Positions 63,612 to 64,000 of a DNA stretch of 64,000 bases are shown here, one piece after another. The stretch covers positions 97,464,001-97,528,000 of the forward strand of contig OX597821.1 of NCBI GenBank assembly GCA_951406725.2, given 5' to 3'. A program made the translations under genes and the position numbers. Numbering within the stretch: position 1 is the stretch's first letter; each line of letters opens with the position of its first letter. Below the pieces are notes generated by a model that searched no databases, had not been told where the DNA came from, and saw only the letters and a list, made by a program, of their open reading frames with translations. This stretch comes from Octopus vulgaris (Eukaryota).

Positions 63612-64000
63612 TCAAATGAAATAAAAAATATTGAATTTAACCTTAGATGGTCCATTATTGGATCAGCTGCGGCTTATAAAAATAATAGAACAGGTTGCCA
63701 GCTATGTTGCGTAGAACTTCTAAAAATCATTAGATTCAAAGATAAAAACAAACTAATTAATAAAAGATCTGAATTCAAACCATCTTGCATGCATAAATTA
63801 ACTAAAACCTTTAAATATTATAAGACTTAAATATTATAATCCTTAATTCTCCATTGTAATATCTTCATAATCATTTCACATTGGAATTCCAATAATCTAC
63901 TCCACCCTACCACTACTCAGGTATTAGATTAACTACTCATGGACTTACCCCAACAACTCTATCCCCGGATAGTATGCACATACCATTCAATCGGGAAAAT
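63612..64000 (+). mobile_element. Penelope-like element fragment, C-terminal GIY-YIG portion
   Basis: FNLRWSIIGSAAAYKNNRTGCQLCCVELLKII...LINKRSEFKPSCMHK, parallel to WKILARCKPY..CGLC..E..LNTRTEL..CPH at 15.1-15.3 kb. Confidence 0.8.

Overview
Eukaryotic, AT-rich, extremely repeat-dense genomic DNA. The SINE, LINE and microsatellite content points to a coleoid cephalopod, most likely an octopus (inference). The only host gene I can support is IFT74 (intraflagellar transport protein 74) on the + strand. Fifteen short GT-AG coding exons between 16410 and 62443 (1094 nt) splice in consistent phase into about 365 aa of the N-terminal half of IFT74, and the gene continues beyond the window. A candidate RFX X-box promoter and first exon lie near 10.3-10.55 kb, possibly with the start codon split across intron 1. 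The introns are filled with tRNA-derived SINEs, RTE/CR1/L1-type LINE fragments, Penelope-like elements (PLEs, GIY-YIG), Tc1/mariner, hAT, Helitron and MITE relics, and microsatellites. Almost all ORFs in the supplied track are artefacts of these repeats. The most notable non-obvious signal is a set of six hammerhead-ribozyme-like motifs in PLE-type fragments: one textbook-intact, a family with a compensated G3-C8 core, and five of six antisense to the host gene. Also notable are several long fold-back inverted duplications inside the pre-mRNA, an alternating double-hairpin tandem array in an RTE 3' UTR, and a recurring AAGGGARRTAACTC-like motif shared by the promoter and unrelated transposons.
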